64,000 bases of DNA from the NCBI GenBank assembly GCA_021776235.1, contig JAJFGG010000066.1:26904-90903 (forward strand). The letters are read 5' to 3'. The position numbers and the translations under genes were made by a program. The number at the start of each line of letters is the position of its first letter. Position 1 is the first letter of the stretch. Below the pieces are notes generated by a model. The model was not told the DNA's origin. It did not search any database and saw only the letters and a list, made by a program, of their open reading frames with translations. Shown here one piece after another: positions 1-10,100 of the stretch. Source of the DNA: Alphaproteobacteria bacterium. Its GTDB lineage: Bacteria; Pseudomonadota; Alphaproteobacteria; GCA-2731375.

Positions 1-320
1 TCGGCCACGGCCCGGCTGTTGGTGCCGGGCATGTTGCAAACGGTGATGCCCCGGGCGCGGGCGCTATCGAGATCGATGGTGTTGACGCCCACACCAATCT
101 TCTGGATCAGACGCAGTTTCGGTGCGGCGGCGATGACCTCGGCTGTGGCCGGTTGCAGCACGTGCCACAGAACGTCGGCGTCCGCCAGCAATTGGAACAG
201 TCGCGCATCGTCACCCTCGTCACAGGTATCGATCGTCAGCCAGTCACTCTCCGCGGCACGCAGGCGGGTGGAGATGCCGGCGCTTGCGGCATAGTGAAAA
301 ACCGCCTTCAATTTAGCCAT
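1..320 (-). CDS. D-isomer-specific 2-hydroxyacid dehydrogenase (phosphoglycerate-dehydrogenase-like), N-terminal part; 3' end lies outside the window
   Basis: Minus-strand ATG at 320 (revcomp of ...ccat at 318-320). Translation MAKLKAVFHYAASAGISTRLRAAESDWLTIDTCDEGDD...LIQKIGVGVNTIDLDSARARGITVCNMPGTNSRAVAE matches the substrate-binding/N-terminal region of the D-2-hydroxyacid dehydrogenase family. Absent from the ORF track because it is cut by the window edge. Confidence 0.55.
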   Translation of the reverse strand, partial: MAKLKAVFHYAASAGISTRLRAAESDWLTIDTCDEGDDARLFQLLADADVLWHVLQPATAEVIAAAPKLRLIQKIGVGVNTIDLDSARARGITVCNMPGTNSRAVA

Positions 321-467
321 TCAATAGATCCTTCGCACGCGGTACCTATCGCGGGTGTGGCCCGCATTTATATCGTAGGGTATTACCGAATGATGGCAAA
401 TGGAGGATAGCCTGACGCCGGAATTATTTCCCGAACGGCGGCCATTACTAATGACCGTTGGTGTAAC

Positions 468-541
468 TGGAGCGGGCGAAGAGAATCGAACTCTCGTCTT
501 AAGCTTGGGAAGCTCCTGCTCTACCATTGAGCTACGCCCGC
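468..541 (-). tRNA. tRNA-Gly (anticodon CCC), 74 nt including 3' CCA, with a non-canonical anticodon stem
   Basis: Revcomp of 468-541 reads GCGGGCGTAGCTCAATGGTAGAGCAGGAGCTTCCCAAGCTTAAGACGAGAGTTCGATTCTCTTCGCCCGCTCCA. The 7-bp acceptor stem GCGGGCG/CGCCCGC is perfect. D-arm is GCTC..GAGC; T-arm is GAGAG-TTCGATT-CTCTT; anticodon loop is TTCCCAA. Anticodon stem GGAGC/GCTTA has one G-A mismatch and one G-U pair. Confidence 0.75.
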
Positions 542-748
542 CTGGGGGCTGTTTAACACAGACCAATAGAATGCGAAACGGCGTCTCCTGGCTGATTTTC
601 ATGCACGATAGTTCACAGTCTCGCGAGCGGGGGGGTCTGGACCGTTGACAATGGAGGGCCGTCTGTGAAACTTGGCCGCGGTCCGCAACGGGTGGGCAGG
701 GCGGCGGCCGTTGCGCTGCCGATGTTTCGTTGGTTTGAGGAGCAGTAA

Positions 749-1708
749 ATGAACGGTGCAATACCGGGTACAGTGCCCGCCGCGCTGGACAAGGCAAAGT
801 TTCATGATCCCCACCGTACCCTCGATGGTGAGCCACGCGCCGTTGTGACCCTGAGCAATCTGGAGACGCTTTGGTTCAATACCGGGACATTGTGTAACCT
901 GACCTGCACCAACTGCTACATCGAATCGAGTCCCAGCAACGACCGTCTCGCGTATTTGAGCGTAGCGGAGGTCGGCGCCGTACTGGACGAATTGCAAACT
1001 GACTGGCAAGCCCATGAAATCGGCTTTACCGGGGGTGAGCCGTTCATGAATCCCGATATTCTGGCGATGCTGGATAATGCCTTGGCGCGCGGCTACCGGG
1101 TCCTGGTTCTGACAAACGCCATGCGGCCCATGATGAAGCTGGCGGATGGTCTGTTGGCTTTGCAGGACAAATACGGCGATCAGCTCTGTCTGCGTGTATC
1201 CATGGACCATTATGCCCCTAACGTACACGAGTTGGAACGCGGCGCTCATAGTTGGCCGCCGATGCTCAAGGGGCTGACCTGGCTGGGCAAAAATGGTTTT
1301 GCTATCAACGTTGCCGGGAGGACCTTGTCGGGCGAGGACGAGGCCGGCTTGCGGCAGGGCTATGCCCGCCTGTTCGCAGCTCATGGCATTCCGATCGATG
1401 CCGCCGACCCAGGCGAATTGGTACTGTTTCCGGAGATGGACGACGCTCTGGATGTGCCCGAAATCACCTCTGCCTGTTGGGCTTTATTGAACGTTTCGCC
1501 GGATGCGATGATGTGCGCCACGTCGCGCATGGTGGTCAAGCATAAGGGTGATGCGCAGCTGACCGTGATGCCTTGTACTCTGTTGCCCTACGACGCGCGC
1601 TTCAAAATGGGCTCGACGCTGGCGGCTGCGAATGGCGCCGTCGCGCTGAACCACCCTCATTGTGCCCGGTTTTGCGTTTTGGGCGGCGGTTCCTGCAGCG
1701 CCGGATAA
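749..1708 (+). CDS. Radical SAM protein with Cys-rich C-terminal (SPASM/twitch-like) region
   Basis: CNLTCTNCY (CxxxCxxC) cluster motif near the N-terminus, a GGEP glycine-rich SAM motif, and C-terminal cysteines CWALL...MMCATS...MPCTLL...HPHCARFCVLGGGSCSAG. RBS-like gaggag upstream of the ATG. Confidence 0.8.
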   Translation: MNGAIPGTVPAALDKAKFHDPHRTLDGEPRAVVTLSNLETLWFNTGTLCNLTCTNCYIESSPSNDRLAYLSVAEVGAVLDELQTDWQAHEIGFTGGEPFMNPDILAMLDNALARGYRVLVLTNAMRPMMKLADGLLALQDKYGDQLCLRVSMDHYAPNVHELERGAHSWPPMLKGLTWLGKNGFAINVAGRTLSGEDEAGLRQGYARLFAAHGIPIDAADPGELVLFPEMDDALDVPEITSACWALLNVSPDAMMCATSRMVVKHKGDAQLTVMPCTLLPYDARFKMGSTLAAANGAVALNHPHCARFCVLGGGSCSAG

Positions 1709-1787
1709 ACCTTGATCGACCGTACGCCGAAACGCCGGGGCAGAATCCCTTATCGTGGCCTGCCGGTTCGGCTTATGATACGGCGCC

Positions 1788-2978
1788 ATGAGTTATGAAA
1801 AACCGTTTGCCGGACTGAATGTCCTGGATTTGAGCCAGGGCTATGCCGGCCCTTATTGTGCCGGGCTATTGGCCCAATATGGTGCCGATGTCATCAAGGT
1901 GGAACCGCCCGAGGGCGACTGGGCCCGGGGCCTCGGCCGGGTCTATGGCGACCAATCCACGATCTCGCTGGCCGCCAACCGGGGCAAGAAGAGCATCGTT
2001 CTGGATTTGAAATCTGCCGGCGGGCTGGCCGTTGCCCATGAACTGGCTGCCCGCTGCGACGTATTCATGGAAGGATTCCGTCCCGGCGTCTGCGCCCGCT
2101 TTGGCTTGGCCTATGACGATTTGCGAAAGGTCAATCCCGGGGTGATCTATCTGGCGGTGAGCGGTTTTGGCCATGACGGTCCCTATGCGCGGGAGGCGAG
2201 TACGGACACGGTGGCACAGGCCTTTTCCGGCCTGATGTCCGTCAATCGCGGCAATGATGACGTTCCCCACCGCGTCGGCCATTACATTGTCGATTGCGTG
2301 ACGGCGCTGTACGCCTATCAGGCCCTTTGCACCGCATTATATGCGCGCCGGGATGAGCCGGAGGGCCGCCTGATAGATTGCAGTTTGATGCAGGCAGCGG
2401 CAGCGGTGCAGACCTCCAAGATCGCGGATTTTCATTTGGAAGATGGCAAGCCGGTCGCCAATAATGCGCCTGCCGGCAGCTACAATACCCAGAATGGCTT
2501 TATCGCCATCACCCTGGTCAAGGAAGAGCAGTTTAGACAAATGTGTCTGGCCCTGGGCCAACCTGCCCTGGCCGACGATCTCCGTTACGTCGATTTTGCC
2601 AACCGGGCCGAGAATATGGATAGTCTGGGCCCGCTGTTGCAGGAGATCCTGTTGCAGCGTCCGGCGGCGGAATGGTCGGCACATTTCCGGGCCGCAGGGG
2701 TTCTGGCCCATCCGGTTGCGGATTATGGCGATTGGATGGCTGATCCACACGTCGTCGCAACCCAGGCTTTCGCGATGATAGGGCAACAGGGCGTCGGGCC
2801 GATGCCCGTGGCCCAAATCCCCGGCGCTGCCGCCATTGATCCGGATGATCCAGGCCAACAGGCGCCATTTCTGGGCCAGCATAGCCGGCTGATACTTGCA
2901 GAACTGGGTTATGACGACGAAAAAATTGCCGCGTTGGCGGCTGACGGCGCAGTGAGATTTTATGAGCATAAGGAGTAG
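1788..2978 (+). CDS. CoA-transferase family III (CaiB/BaiF-like) protein
   Basis: N-terminal GLNVLDLSQGYAGPYCAGLLAQYGADVIKVEPPEGD and overall length of about 396 aa are typical of family III acyl-CoA transferases. Confidence 0.85.
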   Translation: MSYEKPFAGLNVLDLSQGYAGPYCAGLLAQYGADVIKVEPPEGDWARGLGRVYGDQSTISLAANRGKKSIVLDLKSAGGLAVAHELAARCDVFMEGFRPGVCARFGLAYDDLRKVNPGVIYLAVSGFGHDGPYAREASTDTVAQAFSGLMSVNRGNDDVPHRVGHYIVDCVTALYAYQALCTALYARRDEPEGRLIDCSLMQAAAAVQTSKIADFHLEDGKPVANNAPAGSYNTQNGFIAITLVKEEQFRQMCLALGQPALADDLRYVDFANRAENMDSLGPLLQEILLQRPAAEWSAHFRAAGVLAHPVADYGDWMADPHVVATQAFAMIGQQGVGPMPVAQIPGAAAIDPDDPGQQAPFLGQHSRLILAELGYDDEKIAALAADGAVRFYEHKE

Positions 2979-2985
2979 AGGACCG

Positions 2986-3474
2986 ATGGGTAGCGAAGAA
3001 TTTGATCCTGCAAGACACCGGTTTACGGAGGCCAGGTATTTTGATGATCTGAGCATTGGCGAGCAGTTCTATATAAATTCGCGCACCGTGACGGACGCCC
3101 AGTTCAGCGCCTTTCAGGCGGCCTCGGGGGACAATCACCCAATCCATTATGATGTGGAATATTGCAAGGCTCTTGGCCATCCCGGCCTGCTGGCGCATGG
3201 CTTTCAGGTGTTGATACAAAGCGCTGCGGGCGCCGGTGTTTTCCCTCATGTAATGGGCGAGGCACTGGTCGGCTTCATCGAACAATCCAGCCGGTTTCTA
3301 AAGCCGGTCTATGCCGGCGACACCCTGTATCCGATGCTGACTATTCTGGAATTGAAGCCGCAGCGCAGCACCGGCGTGGTTGTCGTTGGCTCGACGATAC
3401 ACAATCAAAGGCGTGAATTGGTCATGGAAGGCGAACAGCGTTATCTGGTGCGTAGACGCAATCCGGACGAATAG
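2986..3474 (+). CDS. MaoC-like (R)-specific enoyl-CoA hydratase / hot-dog fold dehydratase
   Basis: Hot-dog/MaoC pattern (FSAFQAASGDNHPIHYDVEYCKALGHPGLLAHGF). The start was moved from the track's 2962 to the ATG at 2986, which has an AAGGAG RBS 10 nt upstream. The alternative start would overlap the CoA-transferase by 17 bp. Confidence 0.75.
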   Translation: MGSEEFDPARHRFTEARYFDDLSIGEQFYINSRTVTDAQFSAFQAASGDNHPIHYDVEYCKALGHPGLLAHGFQVLIQSAAGAGVFPHVMGEALVGFIEQSSRFLKPVYAGDTLYPMLTILELKPQRSTGVVVVGSTIHNQRRELVMEGEQRYLVRRRNPDE

Positions 3475-3485
3475 CGGCGGTCAGC

Positions 3486-4934
3486 ATGGGTGAATATCGG
3501 GCGGTTTTTCTGGTCAACGGCATAATGCTGTTGATCCTGGGCATCGCAATGATGGTGCCGGTACTGCTGGATGCGCGGGTTGATCACCCGGATTGGCAGG
3601 TTTTCCTGGCGGCGGCATTTTTGACGGCCTTCGTCGGTGCCGGTATCAGCATCACCTGTTGGGGTAGCGGCGGGGATTTGCACTTACGGCAGGCCTTTGT
3701 CCTGACCACCACTGTCTGGATCGTGACACCCACCTTCGCGGCCCTTCCCTTTGCCTTTTCCGATCTCAATCTCAGCTACACGGACGCCTTTTTTGAAGCC
3801 ATGTCGGGCATCACGACCACTGGCTCCACAGTGATTTCCGGATTGGAGGATGCGCCGCCGGGTATTCTGATCTGGCGGGCTTTGCTGCAATGGATGGGTG
3901 GCATCGGCATTATTGTGACCGCCATCGCGATCCTGCCCTTATTGCAGGTTGGCGGCATGCAGCTGTTCCAAATGGAAACATCAGATGCGTCAGAAAAGGT
4001 ATTGCCGCGCACGGCGCAGATCGCGGGGACCATCAGCATCATTTATCTATCCCTTTCCGTTCTCTGCGCGCTGGTCTACTGGGCCGCCGGGATGCCGCCG
4101 TTCGACGCCGCCGCCCATGCCATGACCACGATTGCGACCGGCGGTTTTTCCACTTCCGATGGGTCCATTGGGATCTATGACAGCGCCCTGATCGACTATA
4201 CCGCGACCGCCTTCATGATCATCGGCAGCCTGCCTTTCCTGCTGTATTTTCAGGTGGCGCGCGGCCGGCCCCTGGCGCTTTGGCGCGACAGTCAGGTGCG
4301 TTGGTTCTTTGCCATATTGTTCGCCGCGATTGCTGGCATGACCTTGTGGCAGGTGGGTGGCAATGAACTGCCATTCGGCGAAGCCCTGCGCTTTACCACC
4401 TTCAACGTTACTTCAATATTGACCGGCACGGGCTATGCCACCGACGATTATAGCCAGTGGGGCGGTTTCGCGGTTGTGATGTTCTTCTTTGTCATGTTCA
4501 TTGGCGGCTGTGCTGGTTCAACCTCGTGCGGCATCAAGATCTTCCGTTTCCAGGTGCTCTATGCAGCGGCCCGCACCCAGATGGGCGCCCTGTTGCAGCC
4601 CCACGGCGTTTTCGTTGCCAACTTCAACCGCCGGCCCATACCCGAATCGGTGATGGATTCGGTCATGAGCTTCTTTTTCCTGTTTGCCCTAAGCTTTGCC
4701 TTTCTGGCCGTGGCGCTCAGCCTGATGGGACTGGACTTTCTGACCGCCGTATCCGGCGCCGCCACCGCGATTGCCAATGTCGGCCCCGGCCTGGGCAGCG
4801 TCATCGGGCCTTCGGGCACGTTTGCCCCGCTGCCGGACATGGCAAAATGGCTTCTGGCGGCAGGCATGTTGCTGGGCCGTCTGGAGCTGTTAACGGTGAT
4901 GGTCTTGTTTACCCGCACCTTCTGGCGCGGTTAG
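3486..4934 (+). CDS. trkH: Trk-system potassium uptake protein TrkH
   Basis: 482-aa polytopic membrane protein with characteristic TrkH/KtrB repeats (GFSTSDGS, GGCAGSTSCGIK, TIATGGFS). Confidence 0.85.
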   Translation: MGEYRAVFLVNGIMLLILGIAMMVPVLLDARVDHPDWQVFLAAAFLTAFVGAGISITCWGSGGDLHLRQAFVLTTTVWIVTPTFAALPFAFSDLNLSYTDAFFEAMSGITTTGSTVISGLEDAPPGILIWRALLQWMGGIGIIVTAIAILPLLQVGGMQLFQMETSDASEKVLPRTAQIAGTISIIYLSLSVLCALVYWAAGMPPFDAAAHAMTTIATGGFSTSDGSIGIYDSALIDYTATAFMIIGSLPFLLYFQVARGRPLALWRDSQVRWFFAILFAAIAGMTLWQVGGNELPFGEALRFTTFNVTSILTGTGYATDDYSQWGGFAVVMFFFVMFIGGCAGSTSCGIKIFRFQVLYAAARTQMGALLQPHGVFVANFNRRPIPESVMDSVMSFFFLFALSFAFLAVALSLMGLDFLTAVSGAATAIANVGPGLGSVIGPSGTFAPLPDMAKWLLAAGMLLGRLELLTVMVLFTRTFWRG

Positions 4935-5080
4935 ACCAGTTTCGATACTCATCGAATCAGATTAACCACGACATGCTCTAACTATTGCCGCTCACGCTCG
5001 TGCGCCAAAGCGCGCCGCTCCGCGTGGGCGGTGCATCAGCGCCGGGCCGCCGTCGCGGCCTGGATTGTGTAATTCGAAAT

Positions 5081-5140
5081 CGAATTCGGTCTGGTGTCCT
5101 GGGTCAGAAGTATGTCCTGAACATGACGTGCTTCTGACCC
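5081..5140. terminator. Perfect 20-bp inverted repeat (stem 5081-5100 / 5121-5140, 20-nt loop) between convergent trkH and dctM; preceded by a small aattcg-aaat-cgaatt hairpin
   Basis: ctggtgtcctgggtcagaag ... cttctgacccaggacaccag are exact reverse complements. Location suggests a bidirectional terminator or REP-like element. No T-tract follows the hairpin. Confidence 0.55.
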
Positions 5141-5162
5141 AGGACACCAGGATATTTCCGGG

Positions 5163-6542
5163 CTATTCAAAAACCTGCGCCGGCAGCCATTGGGCCAGGC
5201 GCGGAAAGCTCATGACGAGTGCGATGACCGTCAGTTGCGCGCCCACAATGGGAAGGATGCCCCAGTAAATATCGGTGATTTTGACCTGGGGTGGTGCAGC
5301 GCCTTTGAGGAAAAATAACGCGAAGCCGAAAGGCGGCGTCAAGAATGATGTTTGCAGGGTCAGGGCAATCAAGGTCGCCATCCAGAGGGCCGTGCCCATG
5401 TTATCGCCGGCATGGGCGGCGAAATCCAAATCGGACAGCACCGGCAGGAACAGGGGCAATGTAATGATTGTGATCTCGATCCAGTCGATAAAAAACCCCA
5501 AGACAAATATGATGCCGATGATGGTGAGAAGCATGCCCCAATCACCCAGGGCCAGCCCCTGCAGCATGCCGCTGACGACCTCGTCGCCACTGAAAAAGCG
5601 GAACGGATAGGAAAAGACGTTGGCGGCCAGAACAACGAAGAAGACCATGGCTGTCATCAGTGCCGTGCCTTCCACGACCTCGCGGAACAGGGGCCAGGTC
5701 AACCGGCCGTTCAAAAGCATCAGCAGGATGCCGCCCGCCGCACCCACGGCGCCTGACTGGGGCGGTGTGGCCCAGGCGAATATGATTGACCCCAAGACCA
5801 GAAAAATTAGACCGGCCGGCAACACCAGGCCCCGCACGTAGAAACCAAGCCATTGCCAGGACGTCCAGCCATGGCTCCAGTCCGACCCCACGCTTTCGTG
5901 CAGCGCCTTTGGCGGCGACCGCCATGCGGCCAGCATGTAGTAAAACAGGTACAGTGCGACCAGAATGGCTGCCGGCCACATGGTGGCAAGGAACATGTGC
6001 CCGATTGACACGCCCAACTTGCCGGCCAGAAAAAACAGCATGATCGCAGGCGGCAAAATAAGGCCCAGGGTTCCCGCCGCAGCTACGACACCACTGGCCA
6101 GGGCCGGGCGATAGCCCTGTTCCAGCATGGTCGGCAAGGCGATCAGGGCCAGGGTCGCGACCGAGGCGCCGACGACCCCTGCCGTGGGTGCGAGCAGGAT
6201 GCCCAAAAAGGTCACGGCGATGGCCATGCCCGCCGGCACCCGTCCAAGCAAATGCTGCAGACACAATAACAGATCGCGGGCAATGCCGCTTTTCTCCAAC
6301 GCCATGCCCATGAACAACAGCATGGGCACCGTGGGATAGATCAGGCTGCCATTGATGCTGCCGTATATGCGCAACGGCACGTTCAACAGGGCGATCCACG
6401 GCATCTCTCCCAGGGCGATGCCGATCAGGCAAAACCCGACGCCCAGGCCGGCCAGCAGCACCGCCACCGGCAGACCGGAAAAGATCAAAATCGCCAACGA
6501 GGCCAGCATGAGATAGGGCAGGATATCGACGAATTCCGGCAT
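5163..6542 (-). CDS. dctM: TRAP transporter large permease DctM
   Basis: About 459-aa polytopic protein with DctM-family signatures. ATG at 6542 (MPEFVDILPYL...) lies 5 nt downstream of the upstream ORF's stop. The track's 497-aa version carries an unlikely N-terminal extension. Confidence 0.85.
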   Translation of the reverse strand: MPEFVDILPYLMLASLAILIFSGLPVAVLLAGLGVGFCLIGIALGEMPWIALLNVPLRIYGSINGSLIYPTVPMLLFMGMALEKSGIARDLLLCLQHLLGRVPAGMAIAVTFLGILLAPTAGVVGASVATLALIALPTMLEQGYRPALASGVVAAAGTLGLILPPAIMLFFLAGKLGVSIGHMFLATMWPAAILVALYLFYYMLAAWRSPPKALHESVGSDWSHGWTSWQWLGFYVRGLVLPAGLIFLVLGSIIFAWATPPQSGAVGAAGGILLMLLNGRLTWPLFREVVEGTALMTAMVFFVVLAANVFSYPFRFFSGDEVVSGMLQGLALGDWGMLLTIIGIIFVLGFFIDWIEITIITLPLFLPVLSDLDFAAHAGDNMGTALWMATLIALTLQTSFLTPPFGFALFFLKGAAPPQVKITDIYWGILPIVGAQLTVIALVMSFPRLAQWLPAQVFE

Positions 6543-6547
6543 GGCTT

Positions 6548-7129
6548 TCAGTCTTTGGCGCGGCGTTGCGCCAAATTGCGCACGGCTGCGACGATTGCCG
6601 CCAGCAGAAACAGGCCCAGGCCAAAGGGCATGGCGCCTTTCAATAGCCATCGCCACGGCCCGCCAAGGGTCAGCGCCAGTCTCTCGCCGTCATCGAAGCT
6701 GTTAATCGCATAGTCGATGCCAAAATAGAGAACCACCATTACAAACGGCAGCATGAGCAAGAGCAGACCCAGCAGTTCTATGCGGCCCTGCATTGCCGGC
6801 GACAGGCGTTCCCTGATGACATCGACCCGGACATGGGCGCCGCGAATGTAGGCATAGCCCAGGGTCAGCAGGACCAGGAACACGAACAGTTCCCATTCCA
6901 GGTATTGCGGCAGGGACAAAGCGGCGTTGAATACCTTACGGGCGACAATCTCGTAGACACGCACACCGATCATCGCCGGCAGAATGATCAGGGCGCTCCA
7001 GAATCCGATGCCGCAGATGGCGCGGTCAATGGCGCTCAGGATAAGCAAAAGGCGTTCCCGGCTGGAAGCCGCACGAAAGGCGGCCCAGCGCCGCCGCCGG
7101 GGGCCCTGCACGCGCCGGTGCCGGAGCAT
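6548..7129 (-). other. DctQ-like TRAP small-permease module encoded in-frame at the 3' end of the RND ORF
   Basis: 4 predicted TM helices (AICGIGFWSALIILPAMIGV, LEWELFVFLVLLTLGYAYI, IELLGLLLLMLPFVMVVLYFGIDYA, AMPFGLGLFLLAAIVAAV) and the conserved HVRVD motif. Starts at an internal Met and is immediately followed by dctM, as in canonical dctQM pairs. Confidence 0.7.
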
Positions 7130-10100
7130 TTTCTGAATATCCAGTTGTATGGCAAGCAAGGACGGGACCACCAGCAGAACCAAGAGCGTGGCAACGGCAA
7201 GGCCGAAAATCAGGGTTATGGCCATGGGTATAAGAAACTGCGCCTGCAGGCTGGTTTCAAACAACAACGGTGTCAGGCCGCCGATTGTGGTCAACGAGGT
7301 CAGCAGAACGGCGCGCAGCCGGTCCTGGCTGCCGGCTATGATGGCCTGAAAGCTGTCTTCGCCGGCGGCAATACTTTCATCGATGGTGGAAACCAGAATG
7401 ATGGAATCGTTAACCAGTATGCCGGACAGACCCAACAGGCCGACCAGGGTCAGCAAGCTCAAATCAAATCCCAGCAGCAGATGCCCCATGACCGCCCCGA
7501 CGATGCCAAACGGGATAACGGCCATCACCACGACGGGCCGGACATAGCTGGAGAAAACCCAGGCCAGGATGACATAGATCGCAGCCAGGCCGATCAGGGC
7601 GCCCAGCCGCATATCGGCCATGGTGCGGGCCTGTTCTTCAGCCCGTCCAGCGAAGCTGTACTGCAGACCGTATTGCCGGGCAATGCTGGGCAATTCGCTG
7701 TCTTCAAGTGCTTCCAGCAACTTGCCCATGCTAATTTCGCTTACGTCCAACTCGCCTGTGATGGCGGCCTCGCGCAGGCCGTCCTGGCGCCGGATGCGTG
7801 CGAATCCGGCGTCTTCCCGCATGGATACCACTTCGCTCAGGGGAACATCGACGCCGCTGGGGCCGCGAAGATACAGGTTCAACAGGTCTTCGGTCGTGAT
7901 CGCACCGCGCTCATATTGCACCTTTACCGTGACTTCCTCGTCGCCCCGGGGAAAACGCTTGGCGATGGCACCTTGAAACGCCGCCCGCACCTGTCGGCCC
8001 ACGCTGTCCGTCGAAAAACCAAGAGCCCGCCCACGCGGCGTCAATTCCAGGATCACTTCCTGCTTGCCGTATGGCAGATCATCCTCAACGTCACTGACGC
8101 CGGGGAAACGTTGCAGCAGGGTCTTCACCTCGTGTGTGGCGGCCTTCAGATCGCGGGTGGTGCCGCCCTGTAAACGAATATCGATCTCCTTCCCAGGCGG
8201 CCCGCCTCTGCGTGCATTCAAGTTGATGCGATCCACACCTGGCTGCCGTTGGATGCGCTGGCGCCAGGTCTCGATAAAATCCGGCATGCGGATCTGGCGA
8301 TGATCGGACGGTATCAATTCCACATAAAGGCCACCGTATTTGTCTCCTCGCACGCTGTAAAACTCGGCGGCTTGAGATTTGCCGAGACTGCCGAAGGTGG
8401 AATGGATCAGCGGCTCGCTGGCCACGGACGTGCCTGGGGACTGCGTCGCCGCCTCGCGCGCGGCCCGCTCCAACTCGTGCACCATGGCCTCTGTCCGGGC
8501 GCGCGGCGTTCCGGGCATCATCACTACGTTGCCATAGACAATGTTGCCTTCGGGTGTGGGAAAAAATTGAAAGCCAATCCGCCCGCCGCCAATTATACCC
8601 AGGGCAATGATCAGAGCGGCGACGGCGCAGGCCACGGTCAAGTACCGCCATTGTATGCAGGCAACTAGAAAAGGTCGGTATCCACGGCTGCGAAACTGAT
8701 CAAACTGACGGTTGAACCAGGCACGTGCCCGAGACTCCTGCTGGTTCGCCTGACCCAACGCGCCACGCAAATGACCCGGCAAAATCAGAAAACATTCAAG
8801 CAGACTGGCGACCAGAACAGAAACCGTGACCAGGGGAATGGCGCTCAAGATAGTGCCGATGATACCACCGATGATGATCAGCGGCAAAAAGGCGGCAATA
8901 GTGGTCAGGGAAGACGCCACCACCGGCGCCAACATGCGCAAGGCGCCCTCTTCGGCCGCTTGCCGGGCACTCAGTCCAGTGGCGCGGCGCGTGGCGGCAT
9001 GCTCGCCAACCACAATAGCGTCGTCAACGATAATGCCGAGCGTCATTATCAGTGCGAACAGACTGACCATGTTGATGGATTGCCCGGTCAGCAGCATCAC
9101 GCCCGTTGTCGCCAGCAGCGCGACCGGAATTCCGGCTGCGACCCAAATGGCCACACGCAAATTCAAAAAGATGAACAAGATGATCACGACCAGCGCCAGG
9201 CCGCCAACGCCATTTTTCAATAGTATAGCGATACGCTCGCTGATCAGGCCAGCTTGTACATCGTAATGTTCCAACTTCAGGGTCGGCGGCAGAGTCTGGC
9301 GCAGTTCCGCCAAATAACGCTCAACCGCGGCGGCAGCCTCCAGCGCATCTGCGCCAACAGCGCGTTTGACATGCAACTCGATCGCCCGGTCCTTGGCCAG
9401 GCGGCCTTCCACGGCATCTGCGTCGAAGGCTTCGTGTACACCCGCAATATCGCGTAGGCGTATCTTTTCACCGTTTGGCAGGGAGCGGATTTCTATATCG
9501 CCGAGGCCGGTGGCGGAGGTTTCAAGGCCCAGGCTGCGAATTTGCTTTTCAACCTGGCCTTCTATATTGCCCGACGGCAGATCCTGGCTGCGGTCACGAA
9601 TGCGATCTGCCACGTCACTCAGGCTCAAGCCCAGACGGCGCAAGGTTTGCGGCGTCATATCGACCCATATTTCCTCGTCCCTGGCGCCATACAACAGGAC
9701 CTGATCGATGCCGCGGGCCAGCAGTCCCTCGCGAATTCGCTTGGCGATGGCCTTTAGGGCGCTTTCACTAAACGGGCCGGAAACGGCAATGCGCGATATG
9801 GTGTCGTAGCGGGTGACCCGGCGAATAATTGGGGTTTCGCTGCCGGCGGGCAAGGTCGTGACCTGGGCGACGGCCGAAACCACATCCGCGCGTCCGGCCT
9901 GCATATCGCTGCCCGCGTTGAATTGCACCAAGACCGTTCCCGATCCCTCGACCGCGAATGAAATGATGTGATCCACGTTATTGAGATAACGGACTTCAGG
10001 CTCGATGGCGGTGACGATGTTGCCTTCAATGTCGCTCGCACTGGCGCCCGGCCAGGCGACAGTGACCGACACCATATCGATACCGAAATCCGGGAAGAAC

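Noticed and set aside
321-836. 171-aa minus-strand ORF spanning the tRNA-Gly gene and the upstream region of the radical-SAM gene
   Set aside because: It overlaps a tRNA and an intergenic promoter region and its translation has no protein-like features, so it was judged a spurious ORF.
5542-6624. 360-aa minus-strand ORF, and several other 100-450-aa ORFs in the track (e.g. 6833..8173 +, 8091..8651 -, 8771..9223 +, 11091..11678 +, 23353..23913 +, 25514..26143 -, 36383..37315 -, 47452..48405 +, 55436..56068 +, 59500..60297 +, 62162..63388 +)
   Set aside because: All overlap recognisable genes on the opposite strand or in another frame. Their translations are Arg/Gly/Pro/Ala-rich with no motifs, typical of stop-poor shadow frames in high-GC DNA.
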